Assembly (NCBI RefSeq): GCF_001194135.2
Contig: NC_069001.1
Span: 31,228,943-31,292,942 of the forward strand
DNA from: Octopus bimaculoides
Taxonomy: Eukaryota
Length of the DNA stretch: 64,000 bases
Reading direction: 5' to 3'
Positions 63,743 to 64,000 of this stretch are shown one piece after another. A program made the translations under genes and the position numbers. Position 1 is the first letter of the stretch. Each line of letters starts with the position of its first letter. The notes below the pieces were generated by a model. The model made no database searches. It was not told the DNA's origin and was given only the letters and a program-made list of their open reading frames with translations.

Positions 63743-64000
63743 GCGCAGATGTGGCTGTGTGGTAAGAAGCTTGCTTCCCATCCACATGGTTCCGAGTTCA
63801 GTCTCATTGCGGGAACGACGAACGCCTTGTGAGTGGACTGGGTAGTCAGAAACTGAAAGAATCCCGTTGTGTGTGTGTGTGTGTGTCTTTGTGTTTCTGT
63901 GTGCTGGTGTATTTACGTCCCCGTAAGCTAGCGGTTCGGCAAAAGACACCGATACAATAAGTTAGACTTGAAAAAAGAAATCCAGGGGTCAATTTGTTTG
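63741..64000 (+). mobile_element. SINE family A running off the window end
   Basis: GGCGCAGATGTGGCTGTGTGGTAAG head, TG tract, central motifs. Confidence 0.85.

Overview
AT-rich, repeat-dense eukaryotic draft-scaffold segment with about 15 large and several 10-nt N gaps, most flanked by microsatellites. The SINE families and microsatellite load suggest a coleoid cephalopod, probably Octopus; this is my inference, not a database result. I see no complete protein-coding gene, rRNA, genuine tRNA gene or CRISPR array. Nearly all ORFs in the track are microsatellite, N-run or antisense-repeat artefacts. Well-supported content: (i) more than 35 tRNA-derived SINE copies or fragments in at least four families (my labels A-D); (ii) decayed LINE ORF2 fragments from CR1/L2-like, RTE (3), Tx1/L1 (2) and R4/Dong (2) clades; (iii) palindromic MITEs and a Tigger/pogo-like end; (iv) Penelope-type hammerhead-like motifs; (v) mini- and microsatellites, including a 33-bp array. 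Weaker signals: a ZNF143/Staf-like promoter motif at about 4.99 kb and several short splice-site-bounded segments on the minus strand (53.2 to 27.1 kb) that chain in phase and may be exons of an unidentified long-intron gene. Repeat boundaries were read by eye and are approximate (typically +/-10-20 bp) unless TSDs or splice sites are quoted.
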